From the NCBI GenBank assembly GCA_044220955.1, contig JBGAQA010000065.1, positions 12,612-38,082 of the forward strand: 25,471 bases of DNA, read 5' to 3'. Below, in pieces: positions 17,582 to 25,471 of this stretch; position 1 is the first letter of the stretch; the number at the start of each line of letters is the position of its first letter. The DNA is from Sandaracinaceae bacterium (GTDB lineage Bacteria > Myxococcota_A > Polyangia > Polyangiales > Sandaracinaceae). The notes under the pieces are model-generated. The model made no database searches, was not told the DNA's origin, and saw nothing but the letters and a program-made list of their open reading frames with translations. The position numbers and the translations under genes were made by a program.

Positions 17582-19462
17582 ATGCGTTTCATCGACGAGC
17601 TCAAGCGAACTGACTACGCCGGCGCGCTCCGGGAGACCGACATCGATCGCGAGGTCGTGCTCTTCGGCTGGGTGCACTCACGGCGGGACCACGGCGGCTG
17701 CATCTTCATCGACCTGCGCGACCGCGAGGGCTTCGCGCAGGTGATGTTCGATCCGAACGTGAACGCCGAGGCGTTCAGGGTCGCGGACCAGGCGCGCAGC
17801 GAGTGGGTGCTCGGCATCCGCGGCAAGGTGCGCGACCGCGGCAACATGCGGAACCCGAAGATCCCCACCGGCGCCGTCGAGGTCGTGGCGAGCGAGGCGG
17901 TCATCTTCAACAAGGCCGAGACGCCCGTCTTCCCGATCGAGGACGCCATCGACACCAACGAGGAGAAGCGGCTCGAGCACCGCTACCTCGACCTCCGCCG
18001 CCCGCGCCTGCAGAAGAACATCCTGACGCGCAGCAAGATCTACCACCACACGCGCAGCCACTTCGTCGACCACGGCTTCGTCGAGGTCGAGACGCCGATC
18101 TTCGTGAAGTACACGCCCGGCGGCGCGCGCAACTTCCTCGTGCCCGCGCGCCTCAACCCCGGCTCGTTCTACGCGCTCGCCGAGTCGCCGCAGCTGTTCA
18201 AGCAGCTGCTGATGGTGAGCGGCTTCGACCGCTACATCCAGATCGTGAAGTGCTTCCGAGACGAGGATCTGCGCGGGGACCGCCAGCCCGAGTTCACGCA
18301 GATCGACGTGGAGATGAGCTTCGTCAACCAGGACGACATCTTCGGCATCATCGAGAAGCTCGTGGTCCGCCTGTGGAAAGAGGTCCTCGGCGTCGATCTC
18401 ACCAAGCGCTATCCCGAGAAGAACGGCAAGCACTTCCCGCGCATGCAGTTCGAGCAGTCGATGTCGAAGTACGGCAACGACAAGCCGGACCTACGCTTCG
18501 ACATGCCGCACGTGGACGTCACGCACGTCGTCGTCGAGCACGGCGGCGGGGGCGTCGCGATGCTGACGCCGATCGCCGAGAAGTTCGCCAGCGGTCAGTA
18601 CCGGAAGGATCTGCCCGAAGAGATCGTCAAGGCCATGGTCGTCCCGGCGGCCAGGGCGGGCGGCCTCTCGCGTGCCGAGCTCGACAAGCTCGAGGCCTTC
18701 GTGAAGCAGATGGGCGCCAAGGGGCTCGCGCGCGCGAAGATCGGCCCAGGCGGCGAGTGGCAGCAGAGCCCGATGGCCAAGACCGCGACCAAGGCGTTCG
18801 TCGAGGCGGTCAACGCCGCGTGCGACGCGAAGGAGGGCGACCTCGTCTTCTTCCAGTTCGGCGCCGAGACGCTGGTCCACACGGTGATGGCGAACCTGCG
18901 CCTGCACCTCGGCAAGAAGCTCGGACTGATCCCGGAGGTCGGGGCCAAGAGCGAGAGCCACCCGCACGGCGACTGGAACTTCCTCTGGGTCGTCGAGCCG
19001 CCGCTCTTCGAGCGCGGCGAGAAGCCGGGGTCGTGGGTCGCGGCCCATCATCCGTTCACGCGTCCGCACGACGGCTCGCTCGCAGATCTCGAGAAGGACC
19101 CGGGCAAGGTGCTCTGCTACCGCTACGACCTCGTGCTCAACGGGGTGGAGCTCGGCGGCGGCTCGATCCGCCTGCACGATCCCGAGGTGCAGAAGCGCGT
19201 GTTCGCGACGCTCGGCATCGACGACGCGACCGCCCAGGAGAAGTTCGGCTTCCTCCTCTCGGGCCTGCGCCACGGCGCCCCGCCCCACGGCGGCATCGCG
19301 CTCGGCCTCGATCGCCTCTGCATGCTGCTCACCGAGAGCGAGAGCCTGCGCGACGTGATCGCCTTCCCCAAGACGGGGAAGGGCTCGGATCTGATGACGG
19401 GCGCGCCGGGCACGGTGCTCCCCGAGCAGCTCGCCGAGCTCAAGATCCGCAGCCTCGCGTAG
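17582..19462 (+). CDS. aspS: aspartate-tRNA ligase, probably non-discriminating Asp/Asn
   Basis: RRDHGG..FIDLRDR, RYLDLRR, TPGGARNF, CFRDEDLRGDRQPEFTQIDVEMSF, GAPPHGGIALGLDR. His in RRDHG is typical of non-discriminating enzymes. Confidence 0.97.
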   Translation: MRFIDELKRTDYAGALRETDIDREVVLFGWVHSRRDHGGCIFIDLRDREGFAQVMFDPNVNAEAFRVADQARSEWVLGIRGKVRDRGNMRNPKIPTGAVEVVASEAVIFNKAETPVFPIEDAIDTNEEKRLEHRYLDLRRPRLQKNILTRSKIYHHTRSHFVDHGFVEVETPIFVKYTPGGARNFLVPARLNPGSFYALAESPQLFKQLLMVSGFDRYIQIVKCFRDEDLRGDRQPEFTQIDVEMSFVNQDDIFGIIEKLVVRLWKEVLGVDLTKRYPEKNGKHFPRMQFEQSMSKYGNDKPDLRFDMPHVDVTHVVVEHGGGGVAMLTPIAEKFASGQYRKDLPEEIVKAMVVPAARAGGLSRAELDKLEAFVKQMGAKGLARAKIGPGGEWQQSPMAKTATKAFVEAVNAACDAKEGDLVFFQFGAETLVHTVMANLRLHLGKKLGLIPEVGAKSESHPHGDWNFLWVVEPPLFERGEKPGSWVAAHHPFTRPHDGSLADLEKDPGKVLCYRYDLVLNGVELGGGSIRLHDPEVQKRVFATLGIDDATAQEKFGFLLSGLRHGAPPHGGIALGLDRLCMLLTESESLRDVIAFPKTGKGSDLMTGAPGTVLPEQLAELKIRSLA

Positions 19463-19534
19463 CTCCGCGCGCGTGCCGCCTTCGGGCGCGAGCGCCTCGC
19501 GAGCGTCGAACACCACGTGGCCGCGACGAGCACG

Positions 19535-19756
19535 TCAGCGCCAGCGATGCACCCACCAGTCGAGCGCAGGCCACGCGGCCGTGTCCCGCAGCGTGCGCAG
19601 CGGCGCGTAGAAGACCTCGAGGGCGGGCCCGACCGAGTCGCACGAGAGGCCGTGGCAGAGCCAGACGGCCGGTCCGATGGAGAGCACGTAGACGATCGGC
19701 ATCAGCACGATCACGACCAGCCCCATCGTGGCTGCCGCTCCCGAGCGCCTCGCCAT
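19535..19756 (-). CDS. small membrane protein
   Basis: TM helix ending YVLSIGP, then FYAPL and a Trp-rich end. Confidence 0.6.
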   Translation of the reverse strand: MARRSGAAATMGLVVIVLMPIVYVLSIGPAVWLCHGLSCDSVGPALEVFYAPLRTLRDTAAWPALDWWVHRWR

Positions 19757-19820
19757 CCGTTCGCCTCGCACTCGGCGTCCGACACCGCTCGACCGCCCCG
19801 GGTTCCGCCCCGCTCGTCGA

Positions 19821-20207
19821 TCAGTGCCAGACGTGCTGGAGCGCGCGCCAGCCGGGCGAGCTCGCGTCGCCCGTCGGGGTCACGACGACCAAGCACCGGT
19901 CGCGGCTCTCCGTGAGCGCCTGCTCGCGCTGCGAGAAGTCCTCCAGCGGAAACGACTCGGGGAGCGCACCGGGCCAGATCCACACGCAGACCCGCACGGT
20001 GTCACCCGCGCTCGTCGCGGCGAAGCACTCGCTGCGGACGACGTCGGGAAACGCCGCCGCACGTGGGTCGCTCGGCGACGACGCAGCGAGCGTGTAGCCC
20101 GCCGCGCTCAGGTTGGCGCGGACCTCCGCGGCGCTCGCCGCGTCGTGGGCGCACGCCGCGAGGAGCGGGATCGCCGACAGGGTGATGGCGGGTCCGGCTC
20201 GTCGCAT
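19821..20207 (-). CDS. hypothetical lipoprotein
   Basis: [21 protein letters not shown]-n-TAGCCT -10 box 7 nt upstream. Confidence 0.65.
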   Translation of the reverse strand: MRRAGPAITLSAIPLLAACAHDAASAAEVRANLSAAGYTLAASSPSDPRAAAFPDVVRSECFAATSAGDTVRVCVWIWPGALPESFPLEDFSQREQALTESRDRCLVVVTPTGDASSPGWRALQHVWH

Positions 20208-20240
20208 GGCGAGGAGGCTACCACCGCCTATCATCGCGCG
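20208..20240. promoter_or_regulatory. putative divergent leaderless promoter pair
   Basis: TAGCCT on - (20215-20220) lies 7 nt from ATG 20207; TATCAT on + (20229-20234) lies 6 nt from ATG 20241. Confidence 0.6.
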
Positions 20241-20798
20241 ATGGTGCGTCCTGACGACGAGGCGCTCGCGGATGAAATCGCGGACGAGTCGTCACGCCGT
20301 GTCGATCTCGCGGGTGAGAGTCCCGCCCGGGAAAGCGTCGGAGCGCCCGGTAGCAGGCCCCCGGTGCGGAGCCGAAAAGCTCTGGCCGAAGCGGGGCGTC
20401 GAAAGCCTGGTGAAAGAGACAGGGAGCGAAGCTGCGGGCCGCAACGCGCAGTGAACGCCGAGCAAGCCTCGTCAGATTATCAGCCGAAAGGTGATTGGGA
20501 GCGCCGAGACGGTCATTTCGCGTCGAAGGCCATGCACAGCGCGCCAGATCCGGAGCGCGCGCTGGGGCTCCCCGGGGTAGTGGCGGCGGCACGCAGCGAC
20601 AGATCGACAGGGAACAGGAGAGGTCCGTCCTCGCAGCATTCGTCGTGCGAGGCGGCGCGTATAAGCGCAGAGCGCGAAGTCGCGTCGTGCGAGGCGGAAG
20701 TCCGAGGGGGTCGTAGTACCGACGAAGCGGCGGACAACGCCGCGGAGGGAAGGACCCCTGCTTCGGTCGTGTGGGCGGATGCAGGTAAGCGCGAGGGC

Positions 20799-22211
20799 AT
20801 GCCCGCGAGGGCCAACGACCCCGCAGTGAAAGTGCGAGAACTGCAACGCGCGCTCTATCGGTGTGCCAAGCGGAGTGGGACGAGGCGCTTCCATGCGCTG
20901 TACGACCGGATCTGCAGGCGTGACGTCCTGCAGGAAGCATGGAAGCGCGTGCGCGCGAACGGCGGAGCGGCCGGCGTCGATGGTGAGAGCATCGATGCGA
21001 TCGAGCGGAGCGGGGTCGAGCAGTTCCTCGCGATGATCGAGGCAGAGCTACGCGAAGGCGACTACCGCCCGAGCCCGGTGCGGCGGCAGAACATCCCGAA
21101 GAGCGACGGCAAGCTGCGTCCACTCGGAATCCCGACGGTGCGGGATCGAGTGGTGCAGCAAGCGACGAAGCTGGTGATCGAGCCGATCTTCGAAGCGGAC
21201 TTCCGTGGGTGCTCCCACGGCTTCCGTCCGAGGCGCGGCGCGCTCGGTGCCAAGGAAGCCATCCGTGTGATGGCGAACCGCGGCTACAACTTCGTCGTCG
21301 ACGCGGACATCCGGAGCTTCTTCGACAGCATCGATCAGCAGAAGCTGATCGCGCTGGTGGAGGAGCGGATCTCGGATCGGCGAGTCGTGAAGCTGATCCG
21401 ACAGTGGCTCGGTGCGGGCGTGATGGAGAGCGGCAACTTCCGCGAGACGATCGCGGGCACGCCGCAGGGAGGGGTGATCTCACCGCTCCTGGCGAACATC
21501 TACCTGCACGCCTTCGATCGAACCTGGCAAGCCGAGCACGGTCACGTCGGCGAGCTGGTGCGGTACGCGGACGACTTCGTCCTGATGTGCAGGTCGGAGT
21601 CGGCAGCGAAGGAGGCGCTCGTGCGCGCGAGAGAAATTCTCGCGCGTCTCGGGCTCGTGCTGCACCCGGACAAGACGCGTCTCGTCGACCTGCGAGGCGG
21701 CAAGGAGGGCTTCGTCTTCCTCGGCTGCGTGTTCCGGAAGCGGCGCAGCATCCAGCGGGCGCCGCACAAGCACTTCATGCAGCGGTGGCCCTCGCCGCGC
21801 GCGATGAAGCGCATCCGGGAGCGGGTCCACGATCTGACCGACGTGCGGCGCACGCGCGCGAGCGACGTGATGGAGATCATCGCGGCGCTCAACCCCGTGC
21901 TCCGCGGGTGGGGCAACTACTTCAAGACCGGCAACGCGGACACGAGGTTCAACCAGATCGACGACTACGTGCACGAGCGCATCGTGCAGTGGCTCGGCCG
22001 ACGCGGTGGACAGCGCACGCGCTTCTGGACCTCGAAGTGGCCCTCCACCCGGCTCCACGAGATGGGCCTGCACCGACTTCGCGGAACCGTCCGCTATCCG
22101 TCGCAAGCCACCGAGCAGAGACCGTCGGTAAGCCGTGTGCGGGAAACCCGCACGCACGGTTTGAACGGGGGTCCTGACGTCAACCGCCGGCCGCGGCCGG
22201 CTTTGGAGTAA
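20799..22211 (+). CDS. ltrA: group II intron reverse transcriptase/maturase
   Basis: RT0 [66 protein letters not shown] domain [12 protein letters not shown]; no HNH domain. The frame is also open from ATG 20241. Confidence 0.96.
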   Translation: MPARANDPAVKVRELQRALYRCAKRSGTRRFHALYDRICRRDVLQEAWKRVRANGGAAGVDGESIDAIERSGVEQFLAMIEAELREGDYRPSPVRRQNIPKSDGKLRPLGIPTVRDRVVQQATKLVIEPIFEADFRGCSHGFRPRRGALGAKEAIRVMANRGYNFVVDADIRSFFDSIDQQKLIALVEERISDRRVVKLIRQWLGAGVMESGNFRETIAGTPQGGVISPLLANIYLHAFDRTWQAEHGHVGELVRYADDFVLMCRSESAAKEALVRAREILARLGLVLHPDKTRLVDLRGGKEGFVFLGCVFRKRRSIQRAPHKHFMQRWPSPRAMKRIRERVHDLTDVRRTRASDVMEIIAALNPVLRGWGNYFKTGNADTRFNQIDDYVHERIVQWLGRRGGQRTRFWTSKWPSTRLHEMGLHRLRGTVRYPSQATEQRPSVSRVRETRTHGLNGGPDVNRRPRPALE

Positions 22212-22224
22212 GGATCTACCAATG
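22130..22224 (+). ncRNA. group II intron catalytic domains V-VI
   Basis: AAGCCGTGTGCGGGAAACCCGCACGCACGGTTT, followed by the GGGGGTCCT/AGGATCT(A)CC stem. Confidence 0.95.
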
Positions 22225-22809
22225 CGGGTGTTCCGGAGCGTGTGCGTGTTCTGCGGCTCGAGCATCGGCGGCGATCCGCGCTTCGCGCAGAGCGCGCGGG
22301 ACCTCGGTGCTCTGCTCGCCGCGCGCGGCATCGAGCTCGTCTACGGCGGCGCGAGCGTCGGTCTGATGGGCGTCGTCGCCGACGCGGCGCTGGCCGGCGG
22401 CGGGCGCGTCGTCGGCGTCCTGCCGCGCGCGCTCGCCGACCGCGAGCTGGCTCACCGTGGCCTGAGCGAGCTGCACGTCGTGTCCTCGATGCACGAGCGC
22501 AAGGCGCGGATGGCCGCGCGCTCCGACGCGTTCGTCGCCCTCCCTGGCGGGCTCGGTACCCTCGACGAGCTCTTCGAGATCACGACGTGGGCGCAGCTCG
22601 GCATCCACGACAAGCCCATCGGCGTGCTGGACGTCGGCGACTACTATGCGCACCTCTTCTCGTTCCTCGAGCGGGCCGAGCGTGATGGGCTCGTGCGCGC
22701 GGCCCCTCGCCCCGCGCTGCACCGCGCGAGCGCGGCGGAGGTGCTCCTCGGCGCGATGGCCGCTCAGCCGCCGCGCCCGGACGCCGCGCCCGACGTACCG
22801 CCGCCCTGA
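22222..22809 (+). CDS. LOG-family nucleotide phosphoribohydrolase (TIGR00730-type); original ATG at 20241-20243
   Basis: VCVFCGSS, LVYGG..VGLMG, MHERKARM, PGGLGTLDELFE. Confidence 0.93.
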   Translation: MRVFRSVCVFCGSSIGGDPRFAQSARDLGALLAARGIELVYGGASVGLMGVVADAALAGGGRVVGVLPRALADRELAHRGLSELHVVSSMHERKARMAARSDAFVALPGGLGTLDELFEITTWAQLGIHDKPIGVLDVGDYYAHLFSFLERAERDGLVRAAPRPALHRASAAEVLLGAMAAQPPRPDAAPDVPPP

Positions 22810-22914
22810 ACGCGCAGGGCCTGCGCCGTGGGTCGCAGACACTGCGCGAACGGGCGCGGTTTCGCTCGTTTCGCGGCCACCGGGACTGGCCGCGGCCTTG
22901 CACGCCGCGCGGGC

Positions 22915-24003
22915 ATGACCACGCGATGCACCGCCGTCCGCTCGTCGCTCGCCTTCGTCACCGTCTTGCTCACCATGCTCGGCGCTGGCTGCTCCGCCGG
23001 GGAGCAGCGCGGCGACCTCGACGTGGGCCCCGCGACGGACGCCGGCCCCCACGAAGATGTGCGCGACACGGGCGCGCGCGACGGCGGACCACGCGACGGC
23101 GGAGACGTCGGGCCGATCGTGCTCGACGCGGGCGTGGACGTCGGCGGAGCCGGCGACACGGGGCTGGGGTCGGACACGGGGCTGGGGTCGGACACGGGGC
23201 TCGGCATGGACACTGGGCTCGGTACCGACACTGGGCTCGGTACCGACACTGGGCTCGGTACGGACACGGGGCTCGGTATGGACACGGGGCTCGGGTCGGA
23301 CACGGGCGTCGGGTCGGACACCGGGCTGGGGTCGGACACCGGGCTCGGCACCGACACGGGGGTTGGAAGGGACACGGGGGTCGGGTCGGACACGGGGCTC
23401 GGGTCCGACGCGGGCAGCGACGCCGACCTCGGCTCCCGCGACGCCGGGCCGGACGCCGCGCTCCTGTGCCCTCCTGGCTATCCGACGGTCCAGATGTGCA
23501 CCGGCACGAGCACCTGCATGTGCGGCATGGGCTGTCCATGCACGATGACCTGCACGGGCGGATCGACGTGCGTGACCGACTGCATCAACGCCGGTACGCG
23601 CTGCAGCATCGACGGTCGCGGCACGAGCTCGCTCACCACGACCTGCGGCGTGGGCACGAGCTGCGGCGTCAACGCCACGGGCACGAGCGCCTCGACCCTG
23701 ACGTGCACCGGTGCGATCTGCACCATCGCGTCGACGGGCGCGAGCGACACGTCGCTCACGTGCATCGCGGGCGCCCAGTGCTCGATCGACGGTGCCGGGT
23801 CGTCCACCACCGCCGTCACCTGCACGGGCGGCAGCCGATGCGACGTCACCTGCGACCACGCCACCGACTGCGGGCTCGCGTGCATGGGCGGATCGGAGTG
23901 CCTCCTCTCCTGCGCGTCGGCGACTCGATGCGCCATGAGCGGCTGCCCGAGCCCGACGTCGTGCCCCGGCGGCGTCACCGTCTGCAACCGCGCCTGCCCC
24001 TGA
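22915..24003 (+). CDS. surface lipoprotein with (DTGLGx)14 stalk and Cys/Thr-rich C-terminal domain
   Basis: LGAGC lipobox; hexapeptide repeat; regularly spaced Cys. Confidence 0.85.
   Translation: MTTRCTAVRSSLAFVTVLLTMLGAGCSAGEQRGDLDVGPATDAGPHEDVRDTGARDGGPRDGGDVGPIVLDAGVDVGGAGDTGLGSDTGLGSDTGLGMDTGLGTDTGLGTDTGLGTDTGLGMDTGLGSDTGVGSDTGLGSDTGLGTDTGVGRDTGVGSDTGLGSDAGSDADLGSRDAGPDAALLCPPGYPTVQMCTGTSTCMCGMGCPCTMTCTGGSTCVTDCINAGTRCSIDGRGTSSLTTTCGVGTSCGVNATGTSASTLTCTGAICTIASTGASDTSLTCIAGAQCSIDGAGSSTTAVTCTGGSRCDVTCDHATDCGLACMGGSECLLSCASATRCAMSGCPSPTSCPGGVTVCNRACP
23155..23406 (+). repeat. 18-bp coding tandem repeat x14
   Basis: GACAC(G/T/C)GG..T.GG... units encoding DTG(L/V)G(S/T/M/R). Confidence 0.95.
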
Positions 24004-24010
24004 GCGGCGC

Positions 24011-24583
24011 TCAAGCCTTCTTCAGGAACTCGGTCTTGAGGACGATCGCGATCCCCTGGACGCGGCCCTCGACGTGCCGCGGGTCGTCGGTGAGCCGGAC
24101 GCCCTTCACGAGCGTGCCACGCTTGGCGGTGAAGCCGGCGCCCTTCACGTCGAGATCCTTGATCAGCGTGACCGAGTCCCCGTCGGCCAGGGCGGCGCCG
24201 TTCGAGTCCTTCACGACGACGCGCTCGTCGTCCGCGCCCGCTGCGCCCGCGCCCTGCTTCGCCCAGGCCAGGACGTCGTCCTCGAGGTAGGCCTGCGCGA
24301 GCAGCTCGCTCGCCCAGTCCGCGTCGCGCAGCCGCTCGAGGAGCCGGTAGCTCGCGACCTTCACCGCCGGCACCTCGCTCCAGATCGCCCCCCCGAGCGC
24401 GCGCCAGTGGTTCGGGTCGAGCGTCGCGCCCGGCGCCAGCTGCGCGTCGCACGTCGCGCAGACGACGATCGTCGCGTCGCGCGGGGACGCGGACGCGACG
24501 ATGTGCGAGCGCGAGGGCTCGGGTGCGCCGCAGAGCTCGCACTGGCCGCCGGCGCGGGCGAGCAGCTTCGGGTCGACGGACAT
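24011..24583 (-). CDS. phnA: PhnA/YjdM-family zinc-ribbon protein
   Basis: CELC...CATC, then KDSNGAALADGDSVTLIKDLDVKG...LKTEFLKKA. ATG 24583. Confidence 0.9.
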   Translation of the reverse strand: MSVDPKLLARAGGQCELCGAPEPSRSHIVASASPRDATIVVCATCDAQLAPGATLDPNHWRALGGAIWSEVPAVKVASYRLLERLRDADWASELLAQAYLEDDVLAWAKQGAGAAGADDERVVVKDSNGAALADGDSVTLIKDLDVKGAGFTAKRGTLVKGVRLTDDPRHVEGRVQGIAIVLKTEFLKKA

Positions 24584-24660
24584 GGTGCGCGCGTCTAGCA
24601 CGCGCGCGCCTGCGCGCGAGAGCGTGGAGCGCCGGGCCGGCCCCGAGCCTGCGGCCCGGC

Positions 24661-25470
24661 TCACATGCACGCGATCGGCGCGCAGTAGCCGTAGGTGACG
24701 CCGTCCGCGACCAAGCGAGGCATCGCGTCCTGACAGGGCGAGCCGTCGGGGCACTGGCCGCCCAGCACGCAGAGTCGCTCGCAGCGTGTCGCACCGCCAG
24801 ACTCGAAGCGGCACGACATGTCGCCGGCGCAGCTGAACGCATTGCACGCGGCGCAGCCCTCGTGATCGGGACCTGGCAGTACGCACTGCGTGTGTGTCAC
24901 GGCCGCGTCGGTGACGTCGTTGTCGTAGACGACCACGCACTTGCCGCTCGGGCAGCCGCTCGCGTCGGTCGGATCGCACACCGGCGAGCAGACCCCGACG
25001 GAGCCTCCGCCGGCGCCCGCGTCGCTGCGGTAGTCGGCTGCCATGCACGCGCTACCCGAGGGACACTCCGCCGAGCTCGCGCAGCGCCTCCGGCAGACCG
25101 CGATGGCGAAGGAGCCGGCCGACGGGTTCACGTCGCAGGCCTCGGTCGGCAGGCAGTCGCGGTCGCCCGAGCACGGCCGCATGCCCCCGTCGACGGGGCC
25201 CGCGTCGCTCGCGCCTCCGGCGTCGCTCGCTCCCGCCGCGCACACCCCGCCCTCGCAGTGTCCGTCCCGCGCGCATTCGGCGTCGCTCGCGCACGACTGC
25301 ACGCAGATCGTCGCGCGACACGTGAGCGTGCCGACGCACGCGCCCGCGCAGACGTCCTGATCGACCGCGCACGCGCCTGCCCCGGCCTCGTCGCGGAGGC
25401 AGAGGCGCCCGGCGCCGCAGTCGCGGTTGTCGACGCACTCGATGCGGCAGCGCCCGAGACGGCAGACGAG
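24661..25470 (-). CDS. Cys-rich repeat protein, 5' part outside the window
   Basis: Frame open to the window edge (LVCRLGRCRIECVDNRDC...); C..D.DC/C.SSAEC repeats and a DAG linker. Confidence 0.8.
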   Translation of the reverse strand, partial: LVCRLGRCRIECVDNRDCGAGRLCLRDEAGAGACAVDQDVCAGACVGTLTCRATICVQSCASDAECARDGHCEGGVCAAGASDAGGASDAGPVDGGMRPCSGDRDCLPTEACDVNPSAGSFAIAVCRRRCASSAECPSGSACMAADYRSDAGAGGGSVGVCSPVCDPTDASGCPSGKCVVVYDNDVTDAAVTHTQCVLPGPDHEGCAACNAFSCAGDMSCRFESGGATRCERLCVLGGQCPDGSPCQDAMPRLVADGVTYGYCAPIACM

Positions 25471-25471
25471 C

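Larger units (their letters stand above)
20244..22224 (+). mobile_element. complete group II intron (IIB-like ribozyme, RT/maturase without endonuclease)
   Basis: 5' GTGCG at 20244; DI basal stem TCCTG/CAGGA (20249/20619); DIII GGGGGTC...GACCCCT (20706-20759); DV 22130-22162 with AGC triad and GAAA loop; DVI 22167-22220 with bulged A22218. Removal restores ATG CGG GTG of the LOG gene. Confidence 0.93.

Noticed and set aside
19463..19534. GC hairpin after aspS as a terminator
   Set aside because: Short stem and no U-tract; not distinguishable from background at this GC content.
19728..20240. N-terminal part of the 827-aa RT ORF
   Set aside because: Lies outside the intron and antisense to a plausible lipoprotein gene; credible starts are 20241 or 20799.
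20248..22179. GTCCTGACG present at both 20248-20256 and 22171-22179
   Set aside because: Both copies are internal stem strands of the intron, not a target-site duplication; 9 nt may be chance.
20799..22211. RT as retron, DGR, Abi or CRISPR-associated RT
   Set aside because: It has RT0 and X domains and a full DI-DVI ribozyme; no template/variable repeat pair, cas genes or msr-msd seen.
20244..22223. Canonical AY 3' end at T22223
   Set aside because: It would frameshift the LOG gene, put the branch A at -6, and mismatch gamma C20703.
23155..23406. Tandem repeat as a CRISPR array
   Set aside because: Contiguous 18-bp in-frame coding units with wobble variation and no spacers.

Overview
Very GC-rich bacterial DNA. 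The gene style (many lipoproteins, DAG-rich linkers, Cys-rich surface proteins) suggests a myxobacterium of the Polyangiales/Sandaracinaceae type; this is an inference. From left to right the window holds: a LigC-type ATP-dependent ligase and a LigD-type primase-polymerase, separated by a TPR plus Cys-rich lipoprotein pair; an envelope thiol-redox cluster (c-type cytochrome, two TlpA-like proteins, OmpA-like protein, VKOR-DsbA fusion, CBM9-like protein, DUF6029-like barrel); small lipoproteins; a YugP-like peptidase; a SerA-like dehydrogenase; a hydrolase; aspS; a complete group II intron; a LOG-family gene; PhnA/YjdM; and further Cys-rich proteins. The standout is the intron (20244-22224). 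It sits directly after the ATG of an apparently leaderless LOG gene and has a CAU in its EBS1-like loop. It appears to end in ...AUG rather than AY, with a matching gamma C. Its 3' end rebuilds a Shine-Dalgarno plus ATG for the host gene, and it is one open frame from the host ATG through the ribozyme to the end of the RT.
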